Positions 13,301 through 24,458 of a stretch of 64,000 nt of DNA are shown here, piece by piece. Source of the DNA: Saccostrea echinata (taxonomy: Eukaryota); NCBI RefSeq assembly GCF_033153115.1, contig NW_026889750.1, positions 868,001-932,000 on the forward strand, written 5' to 3'. Each line of letters opens with the position of its first letter. Position 1 is the first letter of the stretch. The position numbers were made by a program, and so were the translations under genes. The notes under the pieces were generated by a model. That model was not told the origin of the DNA and did not search any database. It worked only from the letters and a program-made list of their open reading frames with translations.

Positions 13301-16300
13301 CTAGCTGCCAACCTGATGAATTCTGAACAATTGTATTTAACTATTTATAAAATACCTGTTTTACAGGTATTCAAATAAAACGTGAGAAAATTCATGAGAT
13401 TCAAGGGATCTCTCTCCATGCAGATTGGCGTTTCCAAACCCACTCACCTTACTATATGTCATTCTCTGTTATTGCTCATATTATAGGTTTGTTTGTTATA
13501 ATAAAAAAATTCAAAGATGAAAATGCACTTGCAAGAGCGCTTCTGTACCTACAAATATGTTATTTATTTCATAAATTATTCATGAAATGAATGAAAAACA
13601 ATGTCAAACTATTAGCACAATCTTCCATGTTTAATAATTCTCAATAGATTCCCTCACAATTCAACACTAGGTCATGCAATTTAAATTTCTGTTATTGTTT
13701 AGTTGAAGTAATTTTGACAATTCAGACCACCCGTACCTGGACTGCTGACATGCAGATAAGATAGTCATTTTTTTTTTTTGCAGGTTTTAAAGGACATCTA
13801 TCTTATCTGTAAATTGGTAATCCAGATAAACATATTGCAGGTGAACAAACAGAACAAACATATATCCACTGCAGTTCACGGAACATTCTTCTTTAACTTT
13901 CTTTGTAGAGTTTTTCTTACTTAGATTTCATTTATTCTGGTCAACAATATCAGAGGCATAACCAGCATATGAAAAAATTAGGGATGTCAATTTTACTCGG
14001 ACAGCTTAGTCGAATAGTCTGAGGCTTAAGTCGAACGATAGTCGAGTACGCGTTGAAAATTTAATTAATTTTTCATGTCATTTTTCCTATTTGTCTTTAA
14101 CAGACTGCTAGTCTGTACAATATTTAATCTACGCTATCACCATTATACAACGAATTCTTGAGTCGTTAACATTTACGTAGTAATAAATATAATTACGTAT
14201 CCAATGTATTTGATTTCAAATATATGTAAAGTACTGCACACTTTATCTTTATACAGAATATCATATGCTAGCATTTATCCTTTCTTTTCATGCTGCTAGT
14301 ACATGTACCCGTTATTGATTTCTTACCTGAAGCCATTTGAATGTGTCTTGTCAGTGACCTGTGATTGTTAAACAATTAAAGCGTAACTCTTATAAAAACA
14401 AAGAGAGCTTTTTTGCAAACAATCAATACAAATGATTGATATTAACTACGCTCATAACTGTCCCCCAGTTTACATGCATGTACAAATATGTAACAGCTGA
14501 TTAATTACTGTAGATTCCTTAATATGCGCGAGGAATAAATTATCGCGTAATTACGCGAGAAGCACCACTCGCGAAATAAAATTTCACGCTTTTATTTCTA
14601 AGGTGCTTTAATTTATGTAAAATCTCTAGATAAATCACCCATTTGCGAATTATTTTTCTCGCGATTTGACGCCCTTGGGCCATTTCGCGATATTAAGTAC
14701 TTGCGTAAAATAAGGAATCTACAGTATTCTTCATTCACGGATAGTTACATTATACGAGATCTTACGAAATTGCAGGTTGAAACTTTACAATTTGGATCTG
14801 ACATCTTTTAAAGTATGCCAATGTATGTTTGGTGAACAAAAAAAATCCTTTGAACAATTAATGAAGATCAGTTAAGCCTTTCCCTGAGTTTTACTCACGA
14901 GAACACTGAACTCTGATACGTTAATAATGAACTGAGCAGATCCACTTTTTTTTACCTTGAATTTAAGATTATTATTAAGTAGCAAATTTTTAACGAATAA
15001 CCGACTAAAAAAATTTGAGTCGATAGTCAGTATGATCGAACAATAGTTGAGTACTTGAATATTCGTTGAATATTTGTTGACATCCCTAGAAAAAATACAC
15101 ATACATTAACATCCCCACCCTGCTTTTCAACTTGTGCACTTTTTTTAAATGCTTGGTTTACAGATACATGTACAAGAATAATAAAGATCTGCAATTCAAA
15201 ATAAAAACTGTGAGCATCAGGTAACCATGACCATGTTAGTTGGCTCCTTCAATGGAGATTTTACATCGATGCATGCAGGTTTTATTATTTTAAAATTTTG
15301 AAAAGAAAGCTCTCTGCAATTAATTACACTGAAAATCAATGAAGTACTGTGACTTATAAATTATTTTTATTATATTATAATTATTTTATTACATTTTGAA
15401 AAACTTTAAACTTGGCCATAAGTTTGGTTAGTGCTAGGTGCTTCCATATAGTACTGTGTATTCTTTGTCATAAGACCTTGCCATGGGTACAGATATTTTT
15501 TACTATGACCCTGGAATTTGACATACTTTTGAAAATTTTTAACCTTGGCCATGTTTTGAATGGTTGGAGCAAGGGCTTTCATATTTCACTTGTGTTTTCT
15601 TTGTGACAAGAACTTTCTTTGGTAGTAATAATTTCTACCTTTTGACCTTTGGAGTTTGACCTATTTTTTGAAAAAAAAAAACCCAAACTTTTAACTTGAT
15701 CATAATTTCTGAATGGATGCTAGCATTTATCCTTTCTTTAAGTTTCAACATTTTTGATCTCCTGACCTTTGAGTCTGACTTGCATTTTGAGAAACTTTGA
15801 CCTTCAGCATGATCTGCCATATGGGGGCATCAGTGTTTCACAAACACATCAATGTGTAGATGCATGTTACCTGACCTCTTTTCCCTTTTTTAAAATCTGT
15901 GTTCAAAAAAGAGTAGACACATTGGGGGCCACCAGGGAAACCAAAACAATTTTTTAAAAAAGTCCCTTAAATCTTGGTATTACCCCCGAAATATGCCTGA
16001 AATATTGCTGACTCTGCCTCAAGCCAAAGGCACTCCCCAGCTTAATTGTTAAAAAATGTATATCTACTATACTATAAACATGTTATATTTATAGTATAGT
16101 AGATATACATTTTTAACAATTAAGCTGGGGAGTGCCTATGCCTCAAGCAATAATCAATCAAAACCTTCTTCCAAGAAAAGCAAAGCCATGATTAGTTATA
16201 TTTATATGGAAGCATCCCTAGAACATGAAAATTTAAGTTTGTTCAAATCATGACCCTTGGGGTAGGGTGGGGCAACACTGGACGATCAAAGTTTTACATA

Positions 16301-16820
16301 GAAATATATACTAGGGAAAAAATCAGCTGATGAAGAATATCAGAGTGACTCAGGTGAGCGTTGTTGCCCATGGGTTTCATGCTTCCCCATAACTTTTTAA
16401 AAAAATGCATATTGCATTGTACATGTCCACTGATAAGCGCGTTTTCATGTACCAAATTTCAACCCCGGCTTAAATTACTAATTGTTGACATTAAGACCGT
16501 GCAATTTTCAGTGCGTAATTAATTCAGCAGATTTATTAAAATAATGCACGGTTATTTGAAGTTAATTAATCTATTAATCAGCACCCTCCCCCACCCCTGT
16601 AACTCACTTAAAGTGCTACAGTATGCAGGCATGAGTCCATTGATAATCTTACCTGACCTCGGGGATTAAGTTTCAGGATATCCTCTCCTTTATGCTCTTT
16701 TTTGCTGAATGTTATCAGTTTGTTCTTGTATCCCCCAAAGCCCTTCTCCTCCAGAACGATCATGGGCTTCCAACAGGGGATGCTCCCCGACCCCCAGTAC
16801 AGAAACATGTTCTCTGCCAT
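10324..16820 (-). CDS. Glutathione S-transferase, rho-class/GST-A-like, copy 1 (227 aa, 6 exons)
   Basis: Exons 16653-16820, 12456-12521, 12037-12117, 11687-11767, 10896-10964 and 10324-10542, all GT-AG. Protein: MAENMFLYWGSGSIPCWKPMIVLEEK..LNPRGQVPTFKDGDIVVNESNAICDYLE..FLAGPDFSMADVYFYP..RPSLQATQPPHW. Confidence 0.95.
10574..10792. mobile_element. Tc1/mariner-like MITE in last intron of GST1
   Basis: TA|CTGTGGAATCAT..TTTGTGGGGG ... CCCCCACAAAT..ATGATTCCACAG|TA; absent from the equivalent intron of GST2. Confidence 0.85.
13979..15088. mobile_element. hAT-like non-autonomous element (same TIR family as 367-1347)
   Basis: TIR TAGGGATGTCAA...TTGACATCCCTA; 8-bp TSD GAAAAAAT (13971-13978, 15089-15096). 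Confidence 0.9.
14508..14724. mobile_element. Tc1/mariner-like MITE nested in the hAT element
   Basis: TA|CTGTAGATTCCTTA ... TAAGGAATCTACAG|TA; internal CGCG repeats. Confidence 0.85.
15395..15850 (+). mobile_element. 5'-truncated copy of the 8559-9928 HINE family
   Basis: Same monomer (AACCTTGGCCAT, TTGTGACAAG) and same 3' end GGGGGCATCAGTGTTTCACAAACACATC. Confidence 0.75.
16025..16140. mobile_element. 116-bp foldback MITE, minimal version of the 21688-25352 element
   Basis: Near-perfect palindrome CAAAGGCACTCCCCAGCTTAATTG...CAATTAAGCTGGGGAGTGCCTATG; 8-bp TSD CCTCAAGC (16017-16024, 16141-16148). Confidence 0.9.
16160..16375 (+). repeat. Fragment of an oyster-type Helitron/pearl-like repeat (satellite monomer plus 3' end)
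   Basis: GTTTGTTCAAATCATGACCC..GGGTAGGGTGGGGC monomer (reverse complement of the units at 45694-46010), ending in GACTCAGGTGAGCG..GCCCATGGG. Confidence 0.55.
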
Positions 16821-17363
16821 TTTTTTGCGTGCAGTCCGAGCTCTCACAGAAAATCTGTCTCTGTATGGTAACTCGAGCGGGAAGTTTTTAAATAGAATTT
16901 TCCTCGGTCAACATTCAGAACAGGTTAGATTACGCAGCAAAAAAATCATTTTTCATAATAGGACAAATATTTTGCATAATTTTAGACATTTTTTTTAGAT
17001 CACCCAAGTACTTTGGACTTTACATGACAAATAGAATACACAATACTAATTACAGTAAAATATTTTACACATTTCTGGGTCATTTTTAAAAGAGGACATA
17101 TATTACAATCATGAATGCAATGTGTGTGTTTAATTAGAACTACGCTCTAAATTAGGTTTTGAGATTGAATTATATTATTGATAAATTACTGTTTGTTTTT
17201 CAATGTGTATATATTATTTGTTTGCGACCCCCCCCCCCCCCACACACACACACAAACACACACTTCTTCGTACTCAGAACATGCTTTTGCGTATCGAATC
17301 AACGCTATACGCATCTGATATTGGAATATTATTGCATAAATATAGAAAGTTAACAATGTATCA

Positions 17364-17482
17364 TGTAAAAATTTGAATTTACTAGGTGGATATATTTAAG
17401 CAACCAAAATGTACAACTTGATAATGTTATCTGGTTATCAAGTTGTAATTTTGCATTTCACCTAGTAAATTCAAAATTTACA
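17364..17482. repeat. Long imperfect palindrome, possibly the end of a Crypton-like element
   Basis: TGTAAAAATTTGAATTTACTAGGTG ... CACCTAGTAAATTCAAAATTTACA, with inner ACAACTTGATAA/TTATCAAGTTGT. Confidence 0.6.
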
Positions 17483-18212
17483 ACGGTAAATGGAGGAGCT
17501 GAAGTCACCCCGTTTGTCATACAGTAAGTTTAGTTATTAGTTGGCCATTATCGTCTACAGTAGGAATAAAACATCCAAATATGAAACAGATGTGACAGAG
17601 AATGTAGTGTCTTTTATTTCGAGTTCAATGAGATATATTGAGTCGACACATGAATGAAAGTACTGGAACTATTTTTAAATATTGATAAAACGTCGATATA
17701 TCAAAATATTGAGTTGAAGGCCACAGCAAGATTTTTTTTTTCTTCTTCATGGGAAGGCTACTAAAGGAGCACAATTAGTGTCCAGCGACATTCCAACAGA
17801 TTATTGGAAGATCTGGCCCCAGGATAATGAAAGTCTTAAAGTCAAATTTTCAATCAGCTGTAAAATGATTATTAATTATTGAATTATTCTCTGAATTTGC
17901 GGATAACAACACTTTTGTGAGGCAATACTGAAAAATATTTTAATTTTGGTTTGCTTGACTTCTTCAAAATTTTAATACAACATAAAAATTTTGATTTAAG
18001 TTTAATTAAGATGTTTCATGATCCCGGGGCCTGATCTCCAAAGGCTAAATACTCAGGTGGGATGGGATCTTTGAATCCTTGATTGAAACTTTTAAATTTC
18101 ATGCTAATTACAACAACATATCTACTACATAATGAAAACAGGCCCTGCACTAAGGTCCACAGATAAGACGTGGTTTTGAATGTATCTCAATGAAATCAAG
18201 AGCAGGTAAATA

Positions 18213-19214
18213 AACAAGATATGTGTTTGTGAAACACCGATGCCCCCGCATGGCAACTTATAGCGAAGGTTAACCTTTCTCAAATGCAAATCAAATATGT
18301 TGGTACCCAAAGTAAGGACTTGTCTCGAGGAAAAGTAGGTCAAACTCCTTGGTCAAGGTTCAAAGGGTCAAAGTTATTGGTATCCAAAGGAAGGTCGTGT
18401 CACAAGGATTACATTTGTGAAGTATGAAAGCCGTAGCACAAACGGTTCAAAGTTATGGCCAAGTAAAGGTTTTTCAAAAGTAGGTCAAACTCTAATGTCA
18501 AGGTTCAAAGGGTCGAAATTGTTAATATCCAAAGGAAGGTCTTGTCACAAGGATTACATATGTGAAGTGTATGAAAGCCTTTGCACCAACCGTTCAAAAG
18601 TTATGGCCAAGGGTAAAGTTTTTCAAAAGTAGGTGAAACACCTAGGTGAAAGGGTAAAAGTTGTTGGTATCCAAAAGGAATGTCTTGTGACCTTGACCTT
18701 GAAGTTTGACCTACTTTTGGAAAACTTTAACCTTGCCCATAACTTTTACACTGTTGGTGCTAGGGCTTTCATATTATTTAACATGTCTATTCCTTGTGAC
18801 AAGACCTTCCTTTGGATACCAACAATAGTTATAATCCATTGACCTTGACCTTGCAGTTTGACCTACTTTTGAAAATTTTAACCTTGGCCATAAATTTTGA
18901 ACGATTGGTGCTACGGCTTTCATATTTCACATGTGTATTCATACGTGTATTTCTTGTGAGAAGGCCTCTCCTTGGGCACCATTAATTTTTACCATTTGAC
19001 CTTGACCTTGATGTTTGACTTACGTTTGAAAAACTTTAACCTTTTCCATATCTATTCAATGGTTGCTGCTAGGGCTTTCATATTTCACAGGTATTTTCCC
19101 CCAAGACAAGACCTTACTTTGGGTACCAATATATTTGATTTACATTTGAGAAAGGTTAACATTTGCTATAAGTTGCCATACATGGGCATCGGTGTTTCAC
19201 AAGCACATTTTGTT
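18213..19214. mobile_element. Two 3' halves of the HINE family fused back-to-back
   Basis: 18213 to about 18687 is the reverse complement of the 3' part of the 8559-9928 family; about 18687 to 19214 is the same family in forward orientation. Confidence 0.8.
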
Positions 19215-21984
19215 TATGAAGTTTTGGAATCCAGTATGCCGATTAGGTATGGTAAATCAAACCCCCCATCAATGACTGAAAACTAAAAGGTGATTTTAAA
19301 GAATTCTATCTTTTGAAAGTGACCTCTGAGTATAGGTTGGATTACCAGATCTGGAATTAAAAGAAGATTATACTATAGGCACAAAGGTTGTCTGTGGTCA
19401 GAGGAAGTGTAAATAAGTGGATAAGTGTATATATGGAAGTGCACTATGGTCATTTGGACAAGGTCACTTAATGTGAAGTGTACAGATTCTTGCCCTTAAT
19501 TTCATAATGAAATAACTTTATTATCACGGATATGTCATGACACTGAACAAAGATAACTTATACAAGGTCACAGAGTTCAGAAAAATTTCCAAATCTGATT
19601 TCTTACGAATGTAAAATTTGGGGGGCAAAACTTCATACTGGATGCATATGAGCATGTTGCTTGCCGCGAAGGCCAAGGTCACTTGAGACTCATACCTCAC
19701 AAAAGTTAAATGTTCTTGTGCAGAGACTTACTTTTTACTGTTGAAAATGTTCAATGAAAGGCCGGTCCCCTCAATTATTTTCCCTCCCCCCTCCCACTTT
19801 CAAAAACGATACTACCTGCCTGTTGTGGCTTTGACATTTTAATGCTTCAATTAAGAATAGCATTTCTGTACTCATCACAAATATTGCAGGCTGACGATAG
19901 AGATATTTCAACAAATACAAACATGTATTTACTGGCACCAGAGCATTTACAGTAATTGACTAAGGCACAATATATAAGAGTCATCATTTGGTCAGACCTT
20001 TAACCAATTTCCTTTACACGTACAAGATTCAGGCCATAAGAATTTGCAGTTTTCATTTATTAATTTTTTTTTTTAGTAAAATGGCAGCTGGCGTTTTTTT
20101 TCCTTAACAATCTCATTTTTAGTCGACAATATATCAAGACACACAAACGGTTGTTAACAAGCTTGCACTGTAAGTTAAGCTTTCATATGCCTAGTTTGAA
20201 TTTCATTTGAATTCAAAAGGCAAATTGGTGTTTAAAGAATTCTTTTTTAAACATTATTTGATTACTAGTAAGTTATTAAGAGAACAGAGAATGGGTGATG
20301 TTTATCAGATCACCAAGACGCTAAGTGGACAGAAAAGAAGTAAGAGACAAGCAGAGCACAATGATTACATCTGAAAAAGAGCAAAAACAAAGATGGAAAG
20401 AACATTTTGAAGAGATTTTGAACCGTTCAGATCCAAACAGCAGAGCAGATCGAAATACCTGAAGCAAACATTAACTTAGAAATCAATGGAGACGAATCAT
20501 CAAAATTAGAAATAGTCACAGCAATCAGGAGTTTAAAGAACAATAAAGCACCTGGGAATGACAACTTACCAGCTGAAATCTTCAAAGCAGACCCTATCCT
20601 AGCAGCAAATATTCTTCATTCTCTCTTCTGCAAGATATGGAAGTATGACGTGATACCAACAGCATGGTCTGAAGGTAACATCATTAAACTACCGAAAAAA
20701 GGAAACCTCACAAACTGTAACAACTGGAGAGGCATTACTTTACTCTCTATACAAATCAAGATCTTTAGTAAAATAATTGTAAACAAAATTAAGACATCAG
20801 TGGACAACAAGTTAAGGAAAGAACAGGCAGGCTTCAGAAAAGGAAAGAGCTGCTGTGACCAAGTGTTTATATTAAGAAGCATAATAGAACAATGCACAGA
20901 ATGGCAAACTTATCATAAACTTCACTGACTTTGAAAAGGCTTTTGATAGCATTCACAGGGATAGTTTGTGGAAGATCCTAAGGCACTATGGTATACCATC
21001 TAAACTATTTGACCTAATAAAAGCATTCTATGCAGAATTTAAATGCTCTATTGGTAGCTCTTCAAACACAAGCTTTCTTGTGAAATCAGGAGTAGGACAA
21101 GGATGTGTGATGTTAGCCCTATTGTTCATCATAGCAGTAGACTGGGTAATGAGATCATCCCTCTGTAAAGACAACACAGGCATCAGGCGGACTCTTTTCA
21201 GCAATCTAGAAGACTCAGTTTATGCAGATGACCTGGCTTTACTATCTCATCTGGAAACACATATGCAAGGAAAAACATCTAATTTACAAATAAATGCCAG
21301 CAAAATCGGTGTGAATATCAACATAAAGTAAACAGAAGTAATGTCCCTAAATACAAAAATCCCACCCAAAATACAGCTGAATGGAAAAGATATTAAAAAT
21401 ACATATACATACCTTGGAAGTGTTGTGACATCAGATGGCGGTGCTGACAATGACATAATAGCAAGATTAGGTAAAGCCAGAGGATCCTTTGTCAAACTTA
21501 AAAATATATGGAAGTCAAACAGCATCAGCAGACACACTAAGATCAAGCTGTATAATAGTTGTGTACTATCTGTCTTAATGTATGGTGCTGAATGATGGGG
21601 GATGACAGAAAGTGATATAAACAAAGTATCAAGTTTCCATAATGGGCGCCTCAGGAAGATCTTGAGGATATTTTGGCCAGTAAAAATCATAGGCACCCCC
21701 CAGCTTAATTGTTAAAAAATATATATCTACTGTACTATAAACATAACAAGGCATGAAACTAGCCTCCATGTTGGATTCCGCTTAGGGGCACTTTCTGACT
21801 AATAGCGAGAATTTCTCGCCAAAGTCGGACTTTTCTCAGACATCGGAAGCTGTCATTTATTGAAATAAAATCAAATCAGGTTGAATCTTGCCATACGTTC
21901 GCCGCATTCACGCGTTTTCTAACATTTCTGTGCAAACCAGGTCTCCTCGGCCGGAACTTGAAGGTTTATGGGGGTATAGATAAT

Positions 21985-22958
21985 GAGTGCGGGACGGTTC
22001 GCCCCAAAAGACCATTCGCGCTGAGACGTTTCGCCCCAAGACGGTTCGCGCCGAAGATCAATTAATCAATTATGTGGTAATTATCACTTGTTAACAGCAA
22101 TTATTAACTTCTTAATAACTTTTGTACTGTGCTATATAAATCCAATCCATTGGTTCAATCAATAACCCGTAATTGGCGACTTCACTGTATATATCCCCCC
22201 CCCCCCCGGCCCGCCCATAACCACACTAAAATTAAAAGAAAAAATTTCAGACCTGATTTTTTTTTAATGAATTCCTGTTATTTAAAAAAAAGAAGATATT
22301 TCTAAATGACCTGATATTTTTTTTATGATGTGAGAAAACAGCAACTCGTGATTATTTTAATGACATGATGATTTAAAAGAAAAAATATCTATTTTGATGT
22401 AACAGGCATAGAAATGTCACTTTTGAAATTAGTTATATGAAAAGATTTTTTTGAGAAGTATATTTTTGATAAGAACTTATCATGCTTATATAGCATTACT
22501 CAAAATCGCAAAGAAAATTGGAGTCAGTGTGCATCCTAGCTATTGAGCAACGGTAAAATGAACTTGACACCCGTCTCATAATTTAATTCTCCTCTTTATC
22601 TTGACATGATGAAGAATCTCCAAATTATAGTTATAACACCCTAATTACAAAACTGAATCAGACAATTATGATTGCTGAATAAACATAATTATATCTGCAC
22701 ATGGATAATTATACATTTAATTATGGTATAAGCCTATTTTCAACAACTTTTAAAACATAAAAGTTTTTTAGTAACCTTAGAACTTTTTTTAACACAGTCA
22801 ATATTAACCTTATATATAAATATTTATCTTAAAACATCGTAATATATCGTTGTAGACAATGTAGATTAAATTGGGCGCGAAACGTCTCGGCGCGAAACGT
22901 CTTTTGGGGCGAATGGTCTCGGCGCGAAACGTCAATAGGGGCGAAACGTCCCGTTACC
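21985..22958. mobile_element. MULE-like non-autonomous element inserted in the left TIR of the foldback element
   Basis: TSD TAGATAAT (21977-21984, 22959-22966); imperfect G...C termini with subterminal tandem TTCGC(G/C)CC..GACG repeats, inverted between the two ends. Superfamily assignment is inferred. Confidence 0.8.
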
Positions 22959-23215
22959 TAGATAATTCGATCGTCGTTTACCTTCAATGTACGAGAACAA
23001 CATTTCATGGAAAACTAACCTTTGATTTTCAAAAATGAACAAAATGTATTGTGAAATATATGTACATGTATTTGTATAACAGTAAGACATACGATTTTTC
23101 TTTGCATTTTTATTACTTCTATTGGTAAAAAGAAGTCTAGCAGATACTTGAACTTATGAAAAATATATTGGCAACCGGTTAGTCTATAAGTCAGCAAGTC
23201 AGCAGTGTCAATGGG

Positions 23216-23217
<2 letters not shown>

Positions 23218-23293
<76 letters not shown>
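23218..23293. repeat. (TA)n microsatellite
   Basis: Direct. Confidence 0.98.
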
Positions 23294-23296
<3 letters not shown>

Positions 23297-24143
23297 CAGT
23301 CTTGAAGACAGTGGCATATTATCCGGGGGGGGGGGGTCACCCCTTTCAAAAAAGGAAAAGGGGGAAACTATTCAATATAAAAGAAAGTTTTGATAAAACT
23401 TATGCTTTAACACTTAATTTAATAACAAGTATTATGAGTTTCTATTGTCACTTAATTTTTTTTACTACCCCCCCCCCCTTGAAATCCCTGATTCGTCTAT
23501 GGAAAGTGTGTGTTACTTACATACATGTAAAGTATTAAGTATTACATTTATTGCAAAATAATAAATATACAAGTACATGTATATATTTTATCCTGATAGC
23601 GAGACTTATTTCTTATAGATGGATTCATACAGATATACAATAATAAAATGGGACAGTTCTAAAGTTTAATAACAAGTTCAAAAAAATCACCAAAATATTA
23701 TATAAGTGATTTGGATGTTTTGAATATTTTGTAAGGGTAATTATTTCTAAACATATATTTTGGCATGTTCACATCACCATTAATATTTACAAAGCTGAAA
23801 CTAACTTCATCAGCTCACTCTTTGTGGATTTTATTACAGTGTTCCACTGAGAATGATAGCACGTATGGCATTAGTTTTGACCAAAACCCAGCTCCAGCCC
23901 AGTTAACAAATGCAAAGGCAGCTAGATTAGGAGTCATTTAATAGACTAATTTACTATGTATATGTCATTACAATGAAGTTCCTGAGCCCCGCCCCGCGCT
24001 GATTTCACAGCGACAACCACATATAAACACAAACATATACACAAAGTGATAAACTATTAATTTCTTCATGTGCATGATTACAAAGTGTGAATTTGTACAT
24101 GACAACAACAGTAAAGGATTCAATTCGTGATGCGTAATTCTGA

Positions 24144-24458
24144 AGGGACAACTATTTGATTCTGATAGATGCGGCAGATTTTGGAGAGAAAAAAATCTGT
24201 CCTTGAAAATAACTTTTTTGATTTTGAGTGGTAACCCCCGAACCCCTGCTCCCCGCACACACTCTAATTTTCTCATTTTTTCTTTATTTTATCCTACCCA
24301 CTTTTTATGGTGTAGTATAGAAATAAAAAAAAAAAAAACTTTCCCTAATCATCTTGGAAATAAATAATCTGTCCTCAGTCAATGACATGAAAATAAACAT
24401 TTTGACTAGAAAAAAATGCCATCCCCCTCCCTCCTTTAGAATCAAATTGTCGTCCTCT
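24144..24458. mobile_element. PIF/Harbinger-like MITE (degenerate)
   Basis: Imperfect TIR AGGGACAACTATTTGATTCT / AGAATCAAATTGTCGTCCTCT. Confidence 0.55.

Noticed and set aside
21247-21696. 149-aa minus-strand ORF
   Set aside because: Antisense shadow of the LINE reverse transcriptase.
21995-22950. Short GC-rich repeats (TTCGCGCC..GACG) that superficially resemble a CRISPR array or iterons
   Set aside because: There are no unique spacers, the two clusters are inverted relative to each other and bounded by a TSD, and the context is eukaryotic. They are subterminal transposon repeats.
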